From Escherichia phage FL38: a stretch of DNA of 64,000 bases. The stretch lies in the sequence record PP400784. The stretch is one strand, 5' to 3'. This document shows positions 52,794-62,535 of the stretch, piece after piece. The notes below the pieces were generated by a model. The model ran no database searches and was not told where the DNA came from. It saw only the letters and a program-made list of their open reading frames with translations. Each line of letters begins with the position of its first letter. Positions within the stretch are counted from its first letter, which is position 1. The translations under genes were made by a program, and so were the position numbers.

Positions 52794-52925
52794 TTATTTT
52801 GCTTCTACAACCTTGCGGATTGTGCGGTCTGATACATTATAGATTCGTGCCAGTTCGCCTTTAGTCAAGCCGCGAGCGTATTGTTTACGGATTGTTTCTT
52901 TCTGGATAGCGGTCAGTTTAGTCAT
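52794..52925 (-). CDS. Small HTH protein (43 aa) resembling the rIIB N-terminal domain
   Basis: MTKLTAIQKETIRKQYARGLTKGELARIYNVSDRTIRKVVEAK; SD GAGGTGA; not in ORF track. Confidence 0.4.
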   Translation of the reverse strand: MTKLTAIQKETIRKQYARGLTKGELARIYNVSDRTIRKVVEAK

Positions 52926-52936
52926 AATATCACCTC

Positions 52937-55045
52937 TTAAAATTTAACATTCTTAACCAGTTTCATAAAGTCTTGTGCGCGTTTGTCATTATGCAGAATA
53001 CGATACCAGTTATCTACAATATCATACAGTAACGGGCTATTCTCTTTAAACTTCGCACAAACTGCTTTAATTCGTTCGTTTGCTACCGTGAATTTTTCAT
53101 CACAAATCTTTTTAGTTTCTTCGTCCATAATCCAACGAGTACGAAGGAGTAACTTGGAAACCTCTTTATTATAATGACGACCGTACAGTCTGTCAATAAA
53201 TTCTGGAACACAGCGTTCTAGTTCATCGTCATGAAACAACATAGTGATCACACCCAGATATTCGCCATACCCCAGATGATTGGTCTTAACCTTCTTAGCC
53301 AGACCAGCCAGCTTACCGCGAACAAATTCTAGCGCACATTCCAATTGTTCGTCAACGAGATATTTTTGTGTCTCGTTTCGAGTAATAATATACTTTGTTA
53401 CCCCGAAGTAGTCAAGCGCCGTGTGTAATGTATTTTCACTATGGATCGATTTACGACTACGGCTTTCGAATGAATCACCTACGCGGAACATGTGCAAGCC
53501 TGATAACTCGCGAATCTCTGCCGCTTTCATGTGATGGCTGGTTTTATTCCAACTGTCACCAATCTTTTCCATGATATACACGTTAGGCAGCTTAGGAGTC
53601 GCTTCACGTTGTGTACGCTCGGTCTTCTCCGGTTTAACTGCTTTAGCACGCAGATCATCGGCCTCAGAAACTTTAATCACGGTCATTTCAGAATCATCAT
53701 AATACTGTTTGATGTACTCGAAAGTTTCCATATGTTTTTCGTTGCGCTGACGGAACACCAATACCTTTTTATTGATTCCGTATTCCTGGACCATGCCGTT
53801 AAGAGTCAGTGCACGCAGTTTCGGTTTATCGGTATCATCAATAAGACACGTAATATCTTCTTTATGCATCCATACAAAATGCGTAATGTTGTATTGACTG
53901 CTAACGAAAGCAGGGCGCAATTTACTGATTGTGTTACGAGTACGATATAGAGTATACACCTGACCTTCTACGTCATTTGGCGAATCTTTACCCGCATTCA
54001 CAAACTTATTATAGATTGCTACCGGATCATCCCACTGCCCGATCTTACCCATCTTGCTAATAATATTGCGTTGAGTCGATGAATACTCGCTCATAAATTG
54101 CGCAAGTTTACGCTCTGTTTTAATGTTGGCGATCTTCTCTTTAACCTTTTCCAACATCATTTCATTGATTTCTGCAATACGTTTTTCGATGTTCGCTTTA
54201 GTCTCAATTGACAAGTGAACTTCTTCACGCGATGGCATCAGGTCCAGATCACCCAACTCAAAATTAATGTAAATGGTCTGGTGCTGGCGGTTTACAGCTT
54301 CTAACCATGTTCCGCGAACATATTCATACGGGATCGGATACTGGATCTTACCCATGATTGCATATACTACATAGGAATCGTTATCACGCCCATTACAAAC
54401 ATAATAATTATCAAAGCTAGGGAAATAATTAATTTCGATTGCATTGATATTAGGTTTGTGTTCCCCAAAATGACGCAGTACAAATTGCGCTTCTCGATGC
54501 CATGTCTGAATGTCTTTTTCTTTCACTGGAATAGTGATTTTCAGACCATTGTCTTCATAGGTCGGTTCGTCGAAAATCTGCACCATTTTCGGCATAGAGT
54601 TTTGCACAAATGCCGTAAAGCCATAAGCGCGACCATTGTAATAGTTTACGATTGTAAAGGTGTCAGTGTAGCTATAAGCAGATTTCGCACCTAAACCAAA
54701 AGACCCGATATAGTCATTAGTCTGGTCTTTTGTTGATTCAAAGTAAACCGTAAACAGTTGTTCTAATTCTTTCTTAGACGGAATACCAGTACCATAATCA
54801 CGCACAGAAAAATACGGTTCGATTGCAGTCGGTAAATGAATATCAAACGGACGATCTAAGGTTCCGGCTTCTTTGTGAGTGTCGGTAGCATTGCACGAAT
54901 ACTCACGGACGCAAGCACGCTCACAATATTGATAAGTGTTCTTAGAAAGCACCATAAAAGCCTTGCTACTTGCTTTCAGTGAAAAATCAACCGCACCGCT
55001 CAGGTCACTGCCAAATACTTCTTCATTATCAATATGCATTTTCAT
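52937..55045 (-). CDS. rIIA: rIIA protein (GHKL-type ATPase domain)
   Basis: 702 aa (T4 725 aa); GHKL boxes RDYGTGIP and GSFGLGAKSA; T4 position. Confidence 0.8.
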   Translation of the reverse strand: MKMHIDNEEVFGSDLSGAVDFSLKASSKAFMVLSKNTYQYCERACVREYSCNATDTHKEAGTLDRPFDIHLPTAIEPYFSVRDYGTGIPSKKELEQLFTVYFESTKDQTNDYIGSFGLGAKSAYSYTDTFTIVNYYNGRAYGFTAFVQNSMPKMVQIFDEPTYEDNGLKITIPVKEKDIQTWHREAQFVLRHFGEHKPNINAIEINYFPSFDNYYVCNGRDNDSYVVYAIMGKIQYPIPYEYVRGTWLEAVNRQHQTIYINFELGDLDLMPSREEVHLSIETKANIEKRIAEINEMMLEKVKEKIANIKTERKLAQFMSEYSSTQRNIISKMGKIGQWDDPVAIYNKFVNAGKDSPNDVEGQVYTLYRTRNTISKLRPAFVSSQYNITHFVWMHKEDITCLIDDTDKPKLRALTLNGMVQEYGINKKVLVFRQRNEKHMETFEYIKQYYDDSEMTVIKVSEADDLRAKAVKPEKTERTQREATPKLPNVYIMEKIGDSWNKTSHHMKAAEIRELSGLHMFRVGDSFESRSRKSIHSENTLHTALDYFGVTKYIITRNETQKYLVDEQLECALEFVRGKLAGLAKKVKTNHLGYGEYLGVITMLFHDDELERCVPEFIDRLYGRHYNKEVSKLLLRTRWIMDEETKKICDEKFTVANERIKAVCAKFKENSPLLYDIVDNWYRILHNDKRAQDFMKLVKNVKF

Positions 55046-55059
55046 AATATAATCCTCAC

Positions 55060-55317
55060 TTAATTAAAATCTTCTTTGTCCATCTCTGCGTAGATTACAT
55101 CCCACGCCCATAAATCAATAAACGCATTATATGTCACGGTGCAATCGTTGTCAATCACTTCTTTCGCATATTTCTTGATGTTTTCGTAGGAAACTTGCGG
55201 GTCAATTTTGTGTTTACGAAGGTGCGCATATTCATATCTCAGACATTTCATAAACAGGTCCATCGATTTCTTTTCTCGATGACACTTGGCGATCATAAAA
55301 TCAAAACTTCGACTCAT
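55060..55317 (-). CDS. Hypothetical protein (85 aa)
   Basis: ORF between rIIA and gene 39. Confidence 0.45.
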   Translation of the reverse strand: MSRSFDFMIAKCHREKKSMDLFMKCLRYEYAHLRKHKIDPQVSYENIKKYAKEVIDNDCTVTYNAFIDLWAWDVIYAEMDKEDFN

Positions 55318-55328
55318 TTTTCTACTCC

Positions 55329-55523
55329 TTATACATTTTCAATTACCCATTGCAGATGGGCTTCTGCGTCAACCAGTTCAGCGCGGCTTTTCTCTAAGCA
55401 CTTGCTGTATTCTTTACGTTCCCACTCGGCAATTTCGTTTTTCAGGACTTCTTCATAGTAAGCAATTACGCCTTTCAGGTCTGAAACTTTACGGCTTGCC
55501 AATTCGATGTAATGGTTACGCAT
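55329..55523 (-). CDS. Hypothetical protein (64 aa)
   Basis: Helical/charged small ORF. Confidence 0.4.
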   Translation of the reverse strand: MRNHYIELASRKVSDLKGVIAYYEEVLKNEIAEWERKEYSKCLEKSRAELVDAEAHLQWVIENV

Positions 55524-55710
55524 TTTGATTCTCCTTTGTTACTAGATAACGAATTTGGTCTTGCATTGCGATCAGTTCCCAGCGTGCTACTTTCATCATG
55601 GAAACTGACTCTTTGAACATAATATTAGCTTTTTCCTTCTCCCCTGTCAAGTAGATTTCTGCAATTTTTTCACAAAATTTTTGAGTTTCTTCATTCTTAA
55701 ACGGTTTCAT
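55516..55710 (-). CDS. Hypothetical protein (about 64 aa)
   Basis: Start trimmed to MKPFKNEETQKF; ORF-track start is a TTG in the leader. Confidence 0.4.
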   Translation of the reverse strand: MKPFKNEETQKFCEKIAEIYLTGEKEKANIMFKESVSMMKVARWELIAMQDQIRYLVTKENQNA

Positions 55711-55740
55711 ATAAGTCAACCTTTTGTTTTCGATGGGGAC

Positions 55741-55769
55741 ATTATGATATATCCCCGATCCAGTGTCAA
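55741..55769 (-). promoter_or_regulatory. Early promoter cassette
   Basis: TTGACA-17 bp-CATAAT followed by leader GTCCCCATCGAAAAC. Confidence 0.65.
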
Positions 55770-55776
55770 CAGATTT

Positions 55777-56079
55777 TTAATCTTTTTTCAATGCATCCAT
55801 TACTCGCTCTGCGATCAGTTCTCGTAAGCACTGATAACCATGATATTTGATGGCAATGTCACGCAGATCATTAACCAGTTCCCGTACTTCATGGTCTTTC
55901 AGATCGTCTCTGTATTTCGATTTAACCGTGTCTTTAGGTGGATTGTGGATAACCTGAAAACCTTGTTCTGCAATCACTGCGGCTTCTCGCTGGCGTTCAT
56001 GTTGTACTGTATTTTTGATCAGGTCTACTTCCATGAACTTTGTCATGCTCATCATCATGTTATTCTTTTTGCTCATTAT
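55777..56079 (-). CDS. Hypothetical protein (about 100 aa)
   Basis: Start trimmed to MSKKNNMMMS downstream of promoter at 56111..56138. Confidence 0.45.
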   Translation of the reverse strand: MMSKKNNMMMSMTKFMEVDLIKNTVQHERQREAAVIAEQGFQVIHNPPKDTVKSKYRDDLKDHEVRELVNDLRDIAIKYHGYQCLRELIAERVMDALKKD

Positions 56080-56110
56080 TAAATCCTCATAAACGAAAAG
56101 GGAGACTCCC

Positions 56111-56138
56111 ATTATAGAGAATCTCCCTTGTATGTCAA
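56111..56138 (-). promoter_or_regulatory. Early promoter immediately downstream of gene 39
   Basis: TTGACA-16 bp-TATAAT followed by GGGAGTCTCCC hairpin. Confidence 0.6.
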
Positions 56139-56141
56139 GTG

Positions 56142-57965
56142 TTATGATTGCATCCAAATTTTGCGGCGGTCTGAATCTTCGCTATAGAGCAAATCGAATA
56201 GCTCTTTATAGTTTTCCGGTAACGTGATGATTTCCATTACAGGATCGTTGATCACGCGATGATAATCTGATTCTGTAAGAGATGCTAACCCTTTGATATA
56301 TCGAATGCTATAACCTTTGATATTATCTCGGTCGTTCTCGAAATCTTCTAGGTCATAATACCATCGAACATCATCACCTTTCTTTGGTTCCGCAATGATA
56401 ATAGGTGTTTTGATAAACCGGATTCGTCCATCTTCGAACAATTCAGGCCAACGTGCAAAGAAAGAGATCAGACTAGGTTTAATAGACCCGATCCCGTCAG
56501 TATCAGCGTCTGTCATAATCGCAATATTTTTGTATTGCATAACTTCCAATGCATCAACACCAAATTGCAAACCAGTGATCGCCATGATGTTAAAAATTTC
56601 GGCGTTCTTAACGATCTTTGCCTCCGGTTGTTCCCACGTTGTAAGAGTTTTGCCTCGCAACGGGAAACCTCCATGTAAATCTGGATCACGTACAGAGACC
56701 AGATAGTTGATCGCGGAATCACCTTCCGTCAAAAACAGGGTAGTTTCTGCGTCAGTTCCAATAAGGTTAGCTTTAACGTGTTTTGCTACCTTAGCCCGTT
56801 TCGCTGCTTTGGCTGCCTTAGTCGCTGCCGCTTTATCTGCTGCCTCTTTGCGTGCCAGGACTACAGCAATAATAGGCATGATAATGTTTTCTTTCTTCGC
56901 AATGACTTTAGCCAGCTTTTTAAAATCAAGATCAATATGACGCTTGATATCACCAGTTGGATTAGTCAATCGTTCTTTTGTCTGTGAATCAAAACGAAGG
57001 TTAGGCAATTCACGAACAATAAGAATACAGGTCAATCCAGACTTAACCGCAGCTTTAGTAACATCAACCTTATGTTCTTTCTTGATTCGTTTTACAATCT
57101 CTTCACAAAGATCATCTGTCACGTAGTCTACGTGTGTTCCCCCGTTTTTGGTAAACAGACCATTAGCAAAGGATACTGATTTAAAACCTTCTCCCTCGAC
57201 CGCAGGAACTAGGGCAAGTGAAAAGTTTTTATCTTCAATGACAAACGGATCATCATTGTATAGTTTAGCATAATCCTTGAACTTACTAACAATACGTTTA
57301 CCATTAAACTTAAACGTGATCTTAGGAAAGATTACGCTCAATGATTGCAGACGATCATGAACAATATCTAAAACAGAGTTGTCCATCATATAACCTTCGA
57401 AGTGGTCGAAGTCTGGACAAAATGTAACCTTCGTTCCCTTCAATTTTGATGGTTTTGATGACCATGTGATATTTTCAGCCCCGTTTGTGCATTGAACGGT
57501 CATTTCTGTTTCACCATCACAGGTCACACCAGTAAACCAATCGCTAAAGAAATTTGACAACGACGACCCCACACCGTTCATCCCTTGCGTTAATCGATTG
57601 GTATCATCAAAGTTAGACCCTGCTTTTGTTCGTGTCCATGCGGCTACAGGTTGCGGAATCTGCGTACCCTCTGGGGTAGTAACCATATGTTGAGGAATAC
57701 CGCGACCATTGTCTGTTACCGTAACAATATTGTTTTGGATATCGACGCTAATCACATTGGCAAATTCAAAGTTAGTGCGGATCGCCTCGTCTACAGAGTT
57801 GTCGATGATCTCATCAATGATTTTAACCAGTCCAGGAACATATGAAATTTTTGTCCACTTACCGAACAGGAAACGTTGATGTTCTTCGTAAGTTGTTGAT
57901 CCTATATACATTCCTGCACGCTTAAGGACATGTTCACGATCAGATAAAATGCGAAACTCACTCAT
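56142..57965 (-). CDS. 39: DNA topoisomerase II large subunit (GyrB-like ATPase plus TOPRIM), single uninterrupted gene
   Basis: 607 aa; GHKL/ATPase N-terminus, TOPRIM TLFLTEGDSA, and C-terminal region equivalent to T4 gp60 in one frame. Confidence 0.92.
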   Translation of the reverse strand: MSEFRILSDREHVLKRAGMYIGSTTYEEHQRFLFGKWTKISYVPGLVKIIDEIIDNSVDEAIRTNFEFANVISVDIQNNIVTVTDNGRGIPQHMVTTPEGTQIPQPVAAWTRTKAGSNFDDTNRLTQGMNGVGSSLSNFFSDWFTGVTCDGETEMTVQCTNGAENITWSSKPSKLKGTKVTFCPDFDHFEGYMMDNSVLDIVHDRLQSLSVIFPKITFKFNGKRIVSKFKDYAKLYNDDPFVIEDKNFSLALVPAVEGEGFKSVSFANGLFTKNGGTHVDYVTDDLCEEIVKRIKKEHKVDVTKAAVKSGLTCILIVRELPNLRFDSQTKERLTNPTGDIKRHIDLDFKKLAKVIAKKENIIMPIIAVVLARKEAADKAAATKAAKAAKRAKVAKHVKANLIGTDAETTLFLTEGDSAINYLVSVRDPDLHGGFPLRGKTLTTWEQPEAKIVKNAEIFNIMAITGLQFGVDALEVMQYKNIAIMTDADTDGIGSIKPSLISFFARWPELFEDGRIRFIKTPIIIAEPKKGDDVRWYYDLEDFENDRDNIKGYSIRYIKGLASLTESDYHRVINDPVMEIITLPENYKELFDLLYSEDSDRRKIWMQS

Positions 57966-58064
57966 TATTAAACCTCTTCATAACATAACCATAACTTACT
58001 GCAACCGCCACAAAGACGGCTGCAACAATCATATTAAAAATTGAGTGATTGTCAAGTATATGAC

Positions 58065-58238
58065 TCATGACACGCGCACATTTTTATCATAGTACCCGCC
58101 ATTAATCCCGCGCGGGGCAGTTAATCCCTGTTTGCATTCTTTACCACATTCAGGGCATTCTGCCTTTTCACGTTCGGAAATTTTGCGGATTTTCTGAAAT
58201 TGACCGTGTTCTTCACAAGAATAATCATATAATGGCAT
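58065..58238 (-). CDS. Zinc-ribbon protein (FmdB-like CxxC ... CxxC), about 57 aa
   Basis: MPLYDYSCEEHGQF ... CPECG; start trimmed to MPLYDY. Confidence 0.45.
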   Translation of the reverse strand: MPLYDYSCEEHGQFQKIRKISEREKAECPECGKECKQGLTAPRGINGGYYDKNVRVS

Positions 58239-58239
58239 A

Positions 58240-58908
58240 TTATCCCCTTTGTTTCTTAACTGAATTTGGATCTGGATTTTCTGGTAGGTCTTCCAGACCC
58301 ATAGCATAACGTTGTGCATAGATTAGCATAAGAATATCGCGAGCGCAATCATGAATTGCATCATGTGCGATAAAACCATCTAGCGTACCCATTGGTAACG
58401 GACACTCACACATCCCGCGATGCATCAATGTACGCTCAATGGCGGTGCGAACATCTCGGATATTCCAGAATCGCACAGGTTCAAGGCTGAACGTCTCTCG
58501 TGTATTGTGTGCACGTCGAATCATATCAACTAGTAATGGAATATCAAACGCATTACCGCGTGACCACATTACGGATTTAACCGGATCTACCCCTACGGAT
58601 TCACAGAATGCGTTAAAACGCGCTAAACCTTCTTTAGTTGATACTTCCGTACCATTTGTGATTAATTGCTTTCTCATGCCTTCTGAGGCGGTATTCTTCC
58701 ACCATTCAACCACACCATGATCAAACACCCTTACACCTTTCTGGGAAGGAATATCAAATTTTACCAGAAAGGAATTGTCAACCAGTTCTTTAAATGTAGG
58801 TGGATTGTGCGGATCTTCTTTAAATCCGATTGCCGCCATATTGATAACCGCCCCATCAGGCGGATAACCTAAACTTTCAAAGTCAATCATTAAATCCACT
58901 GGAAGCAT
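58240..58908 (-). CDS. dexA: Exonuclease A (DEDD-family 3'-5' exonuclease)
   Basis: Exo motif I MLPVDLMIDFESLG; size about 222 aa as T4 DexA; start trimmed to MLPVDLM. Confidence 0.75.
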   Translation of the reverse strand: MLPVDLMIDFESLGYPPDGAVINMAAIGFKEDPHNPPTFKELVDNSFLVKFDIPSQKGVRVFDHGVVEWWKNTASEGMRKQLITNGTEVSTKEGLARFNAFCESVGVDPVKSVMWSRGNAFDIPLLVDMIRRAHNTRETFSLEPVRFWNIRDVRTAIERTLMHRGMCECPLPMGTLDGFIAHDAIHDCARDILMLIYAQRYAMGLEDLPENPDPNSVKKQRG

Positions 58909-58909
58909 G

Positions 58910-59152
58910 TTAAATATCCTCCGCGATGTGCCGGAACAACTCCAGATCGTTTTTATCCAGAATGAAACCGCTACAATCAATAATCCCGTTACCGTAATTA
59001 TCGGTTAACAGTCGTTCCGTTGCCATGTATGCGCGTACTTTGTTGTTAAAATTCATTACATGTTGTGCATAGTCACAATGAATCTTTTGACGGTTCCACG
59101 CGACAATTGATTGTAGATGTATTACATTAGCCACATTATTAATAACAACCAT
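58910..59152 (-). CDS. Hypothetical protein (80 aa)
   Basis: Start trimmed to ATG (MVVINNVANV) 1 nt after upstream stop; ORF-track start is GTG. Confidence 0.45.
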   Translation of the reverse strand: MVVINNVANVIHLQSIVAWNRQKIHCDYAQHVMNFNNKVRAYMATERLLTDNYGNGIIDCSGFILDKNDLELFRHIAEDI

Positions 59153-59153
59153 A

Positions 59154-59330
59154 TCAAAACCCTCGCTTAGTGGAATGTTCTGGCATTTTATTGATACATT
59201 CAGCTTGGTAGTCACGAGATTTTTTTGACGAATTAAGAGCTACAGCCAAAAAATCCTGTAACTGTTCGTTTGTCATTTTTGGCTTACACCGCGTATCTAA
59301 ACCCTTCGTTCTTCTAGCTTCATTAGCCAT
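59154..59330 (-). CDS. Small protein (58 aa), tandem paralog
   Basis: Ends YQAECINKMPEHSTKRGF, matching C-terminus of 59332..59499 product; not in ORF track. Confidence 0.45.
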   Translation of the reverse strand: MANEARRTKGLDTRCKPKMTNEQLQDFLAVALNSSKKSRDYQAECINKMPEHSTKRGF

Positions 59331-59331
59331 A

Positions 59332-59499
59332 TCAAAAACCTCGCTTAGTGAAATGCTCGATCATTTTATTGATACATGCAGCTTCACTATCGCCGGACAC
59401 GTTCCAGCCGTATAGACCCCATCTAAAGCACATGGTAACAGTTCCATTGTGACGGCTTACCGTCACATCATTAAATTCTGGGATACTTCGCATAATCAT
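59332..59499 (-). CDS. Small protein (55 aa), tandem paralog
   Basis: Ends EAACINKMIEHFTKRGF; SD GAGGAA; directly downstream of dda. Confidence 0.45.
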   Translation of the reverse strand: MIMRSIPEFNDVTVSRHNGTVTMCFRWGLYGWNVSGDSEAACINKMIEHFTKRGF

Positions 59500-59509
59500 A
59501 ATAATTTCC

Positions 59510-60901
59510 TCAAATATAGTCTACTCGATACCTCGCACGGGTAACACCCACATATAATAACTGCATTGCCAATTCAAAGTCAACATTGTCTGTACACATG
59601 CAAGGAGTATACAGGAACACGCGGTCTACGCTGATCCCTTGTGACTTATGAATGGTGCAAGCTGGTAATGCTTTTACATTCAAGAACATACGCTTCATCG
59701 TCCAGAAGGAATCCCAATCTGGTTTAAATTTTGGATTCTCTTTCTTCATTTCGCGATATTGTCCGGCGACCGTATTCAGATAGATAGAGAAAATGTTCTT
59801 CTGACGTTGTTCTGTCAGAATGTTGATTTCTACTAAATCTGGTTTATCTGTAGTGATTCCGACTGCATCTAAACCGACTTTCTGATTTAGGATTTCTTTG
59901 TCTTCGTCATCATCGACGCTTTCCACTTTCAGAGTATATCCTAAAACTGGTTGCGGATCTACCCCCGTGCAACGTAATGTAAATTCACGCGGGATGACCT
60001 CTTTAACTCGGATCATCTCACCATTGTTAAAAATAACATTGGGAATCTTCTTCCCGCGTTCATCTCGCAGATATTCGATCAATGGTTCCTGAGTAACCAG
60101 AATTTCATCTACAATCACTGGTTCATCGGTGTTATAAACGCGCTTACGTACAATTTCATTGAGTTTTTCGACGCTCTTGTTAGTGTAGGCCAGAATACGG
60201 TTTTCTAGAAGGTCTTCCGGCGTTTTAACGGTTTCGAAATAATGCTTCATAAACTCCGGCAGAGTTGAGCTATGGAATACACCCTCGTTACCGCACTGCT
60301 TTTCGAATACCCATTTACCATTACGGACAGCGGTCGCCACATCAATTATTGGAGCATTAGATCGTTTAATCTCTGTAAGTTCTACATTCTGAAACCTTTC
60401 ATCGGTGAAGAAAGGAGAGATCGACGTTGCACCGCTCGGATCAACTGGTCGTAACTGGTTCAGATCACCCACGGCAATAATAACAATTCGACCGTTGATA
60501 CTCTTCATGAGAATATCAAATAGTTTCTTATCGACCATACTCGCTTCATCAACAATGATGATCTGAACATCATCTAGCTTAGGAGTATCTTTTTGCTCAA
60601 ATACTTGAGTATCTTCATAGTTGGTCGGGTTTAGTCGCAGTAGTGCATGTAAAGTAAATGCTTGACGACCTACCGCTTTACTCAAAACTTTTTTAGCCTG
60701 GTGGGTAGGCGTTGCCAAAACCACACCAGTTACCCCACGACGGACCATTTCCTGAACAATGAATTTCATCATTGCGGTTTTACCAGTACCCGCCGCACCA
60801 CGGACAGTTGTATGCTTCTTTTGTTCAATACGTTTCATTAGAACATCAAAAGCATGTTTTTGCCCGTCTGTTAACATATCGAAAGTTAATACTCTGCTCA
60901 T
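59510..60901 (-). CDS. dda: Dda DNA helicase (SF1B)
   Basis: 463 aa; Walker A GAAGTGKT, LATPTHQAKK, IIVDEASM, HKSQGISVDRVF, YVGVTRAR parallel T4 Dda. Confidence 0.93.
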   Translation of the reverse strand: MSRVLTFDMLTDGQKHAFDVLMKRIEQKKHTTVRGAAGTGKTAMMKFIVQEMVRRGVTGVVLATPTHQAKKVLSKAVGRQAFTLHALLRLNPTNYEDTQVFEQKDTPKLDDVQIIIVDEASMVDKKLFDILMKSINGRIVIIAVGDLNQLRPVDPSGATSISPFFTDERFQNVELTEIKRSNAPIIDVATAVRNGKWVFEKQCGNEGVFHSSTLPEFMKHYFETVKTPEDLLENRILAYTNKSVEKLNEIVRKRVYNTDEPVIVDEILVTQEPLIEYLRDERGKKIPNVIFNNGEMIRVKEVIPREFTLRCTGVDPQPVLGYTLKVESVDDDEDKEILNQKVGLDAVGITTDKPDLVEINILTEQRQKNIFSIYLNTVAGQYREMKKENPKFKPDWDSFWTMKRMFLNVKALPACTIHKSQGISVDRVFLYTPCMCTDNVDFELAMQLLYVGVTRARYRVDYI

Positions 60902-61215
60902 TATCCTAAAATCCTCACCTTGCGAACACAGATAGTATTGAGTTCTCGCCGTACCCGTTCTTTTTCATATTCAGGAATTTTATATTCGATACCATCCCGA
61001 ACAATTTCAGAAGACCGGATTATGCCAAATTTTCGTTTAGGTACAACCTTGTATTTCGGTTCACCCGCCAATAGACTCTCACAATAATCTATCTGATCAC
61101 ACATTGACGCTAACGCAGCATCATGTGTTTCGCAAGTTAGGACGCGACCCTTCGCGTCCACTGAGTATTGAAAGAATCCGTCTTTATCACGATAACATAC
61201 AGCAAATACATGCAT
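60901..61215 (-). CDS. Hypothetical protein (104 aa)
   Basis: ORF with ATGA overlap to dda start. Confidence 0.45.
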   Translation of the reverse strand: MHVFAVCYRDKDGFFQYSVDAKGRVLTCETHDAALASMCDQIDYCESLLAGEPKYKVVPKRKFGIIRSSEIVRDGIEYKIPEYEKERVRRELNTICVRKVRILG

Positions 61216-61970
61216 TATAAACCTACCTTCGCTTTCATCAATTCAATCCACGACGCATCAATCGGAAGCCCGTATTTCACGCGTTCTTTTTGTGCTGGCG
61301 TTAAGTTCTCATACTTAGAAAGAGATTCAATCAAAACGCTGGTATATTTTAGCACGATTTCGGTATTGTTTGCAATAGCCTTAAGTTTTTCTTCTTTCTT
61401 GTTGATTTCGCTAAGTGCTTGCTTGAGATCTGCAATTTTCTGATAACGTTCTTCCATACGGAAGAGAGTATTTTTAATCGCTCGCTCGGCTGCCTCTGCT
61501 TTCTCCGGTTCGTTGTGCTTTTTATGGCGCTCGATTGCTAATTTCTTTTCTTCGATTGCCATTTCCTGATTTTTGATGCGATTCTCGTTAAGTTCGATCC
61601 ACTCGATGTACTTCGCACGTAGGGCAATTTCATCATCAGAAAGTTTACCGTTAGTTCCTAGTTCCTGGATCTCTTTAAGAGATTCGATAGTGTGATTGCC
61701 ACGGAAAGAATTGTATTTCAGTTTAACCGGAATTACATTGCCATCAACATATCCCAGATTGCAATCAATGCGCTCTAAGGAGAGTCCGTCATCACCTTCA
61801 CCGAAAGCCTCACCTGAATAGGCACAATGAGTCTGACGGTAAATGTTACGAACAGTGACTAAGCTCATAGAGAAGTCTTTGTTGCGACGTGAAGCACCAG
61901 CCATGATAGAGTTCAGCCGGAAAACAACCAGCGCCAATTCTTCGTTAGATTTAAAAGCAAACAGTTTCAT
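61215..61970 (-). CDS. Hypothetical protein with possible degenerate HNH-like N-terminus and coiled-coil C-terminus (251 aa)
   Basis: CAYSGEAF ... RIDCNLGYVDGNVIPV then K/E-rich heptad-like region. Confidence 0.4.
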   Translation of the reverse strand: MKLFAFKSNEELALVVFRLNSIMAGASRRNKDFSMSLVTVRNIYRQTHCAYSGEAFGEGDDGLSLERIDCNLGYVDGNVIPVKLKYNSFRGNHTIESLKEIQELGTNGKLSDDEIALRAKYIEWIELNENRIKNQEMAIEEKKLAIERHKKHNEPEKAEAAERAIKNTLFRMEERYQKIADLKQALSEINKKEEKLKAIANNTEIVLKYTSVLIESLSKYENLTPAQKERVKYGLPIDASWIELMKAKVGL

Positions 61971-61999
61971 AATTGATTCTCCTTAGTTGGTATGTGTGT

Positions 62000-62028
62000 A
62001 TTATTGTCTATCTGGTTTGTGCTGTCAA
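62000..62028 (-). promoter_or_regulatory. Early promoter cassette
   Basis: TTGACA-17 bp-AATAAT. Confidence 0.5.
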
Positions 62029-62031
62029 CAC

Positions 62032-62535
62032 TTAAATTAAAGAAAATTTGTAAATCTCTATCCGATCGCCATTACACGCGTAAACTTCCTCGATCTCATC
62101 AAGGATCATGGTCGTCCCTGTCTTGTATATGCACTCGCGCTCATCTGCCAACATAGCATACAAAGACAGTCGAGTAGTCGGATTGTCATACTCTTTAGAC
62201 ACCACTCGGTCAATAGCATGTTCGTAATAATTCATGCAAGGCTTGGTAGGTTTTATTGCAATAATCTTTCCTGTTGCATAAACATCGGTCGCAAAGTCCT
62301 CTGCTGTTGATTGCAGTGGCGTAAAGCTCATAGGACGCTCTACAACGAAAGAATCGCCTACAATTAAGGTATCCAGCTTACGACCTTCTCTTTTGCTCAC
62401 ACCGCGATACAAGGCTTCATGATGCACTAACCGCTCAGTCTTTTCGATCAATCCATTAAGGATCGACATATCGATATTTTCTTTAGAGTTCATCACTTCA
62501 TCAATGATGTTAAGTTCTTCTGGTGTAAATTGCAT
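62032..62535 (-). CDS. Possible Mod-like ADP-ribosyltransferase (167 aa)
   Basis: Candidate R-S-E triad: EALYRGV, MSFTP, ADERECI; T4 position of modA/modB. Confidence 0.35.
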   Translation of the reverse strand: MQFTPEELNIIDEVMNSKENIDMSILNGLIEKTERLVHHEALYRGVSKREGRKLDTLIVGDSFVVERPMSFTPLQSTAEDFATDVYATGKIIAIKPTKPCMNYYEHAIDRVVSKEYDNPTTRLSLYAMLADERECIYKTGTTMILDEIEEVYACNGDRIEIYKFSLI

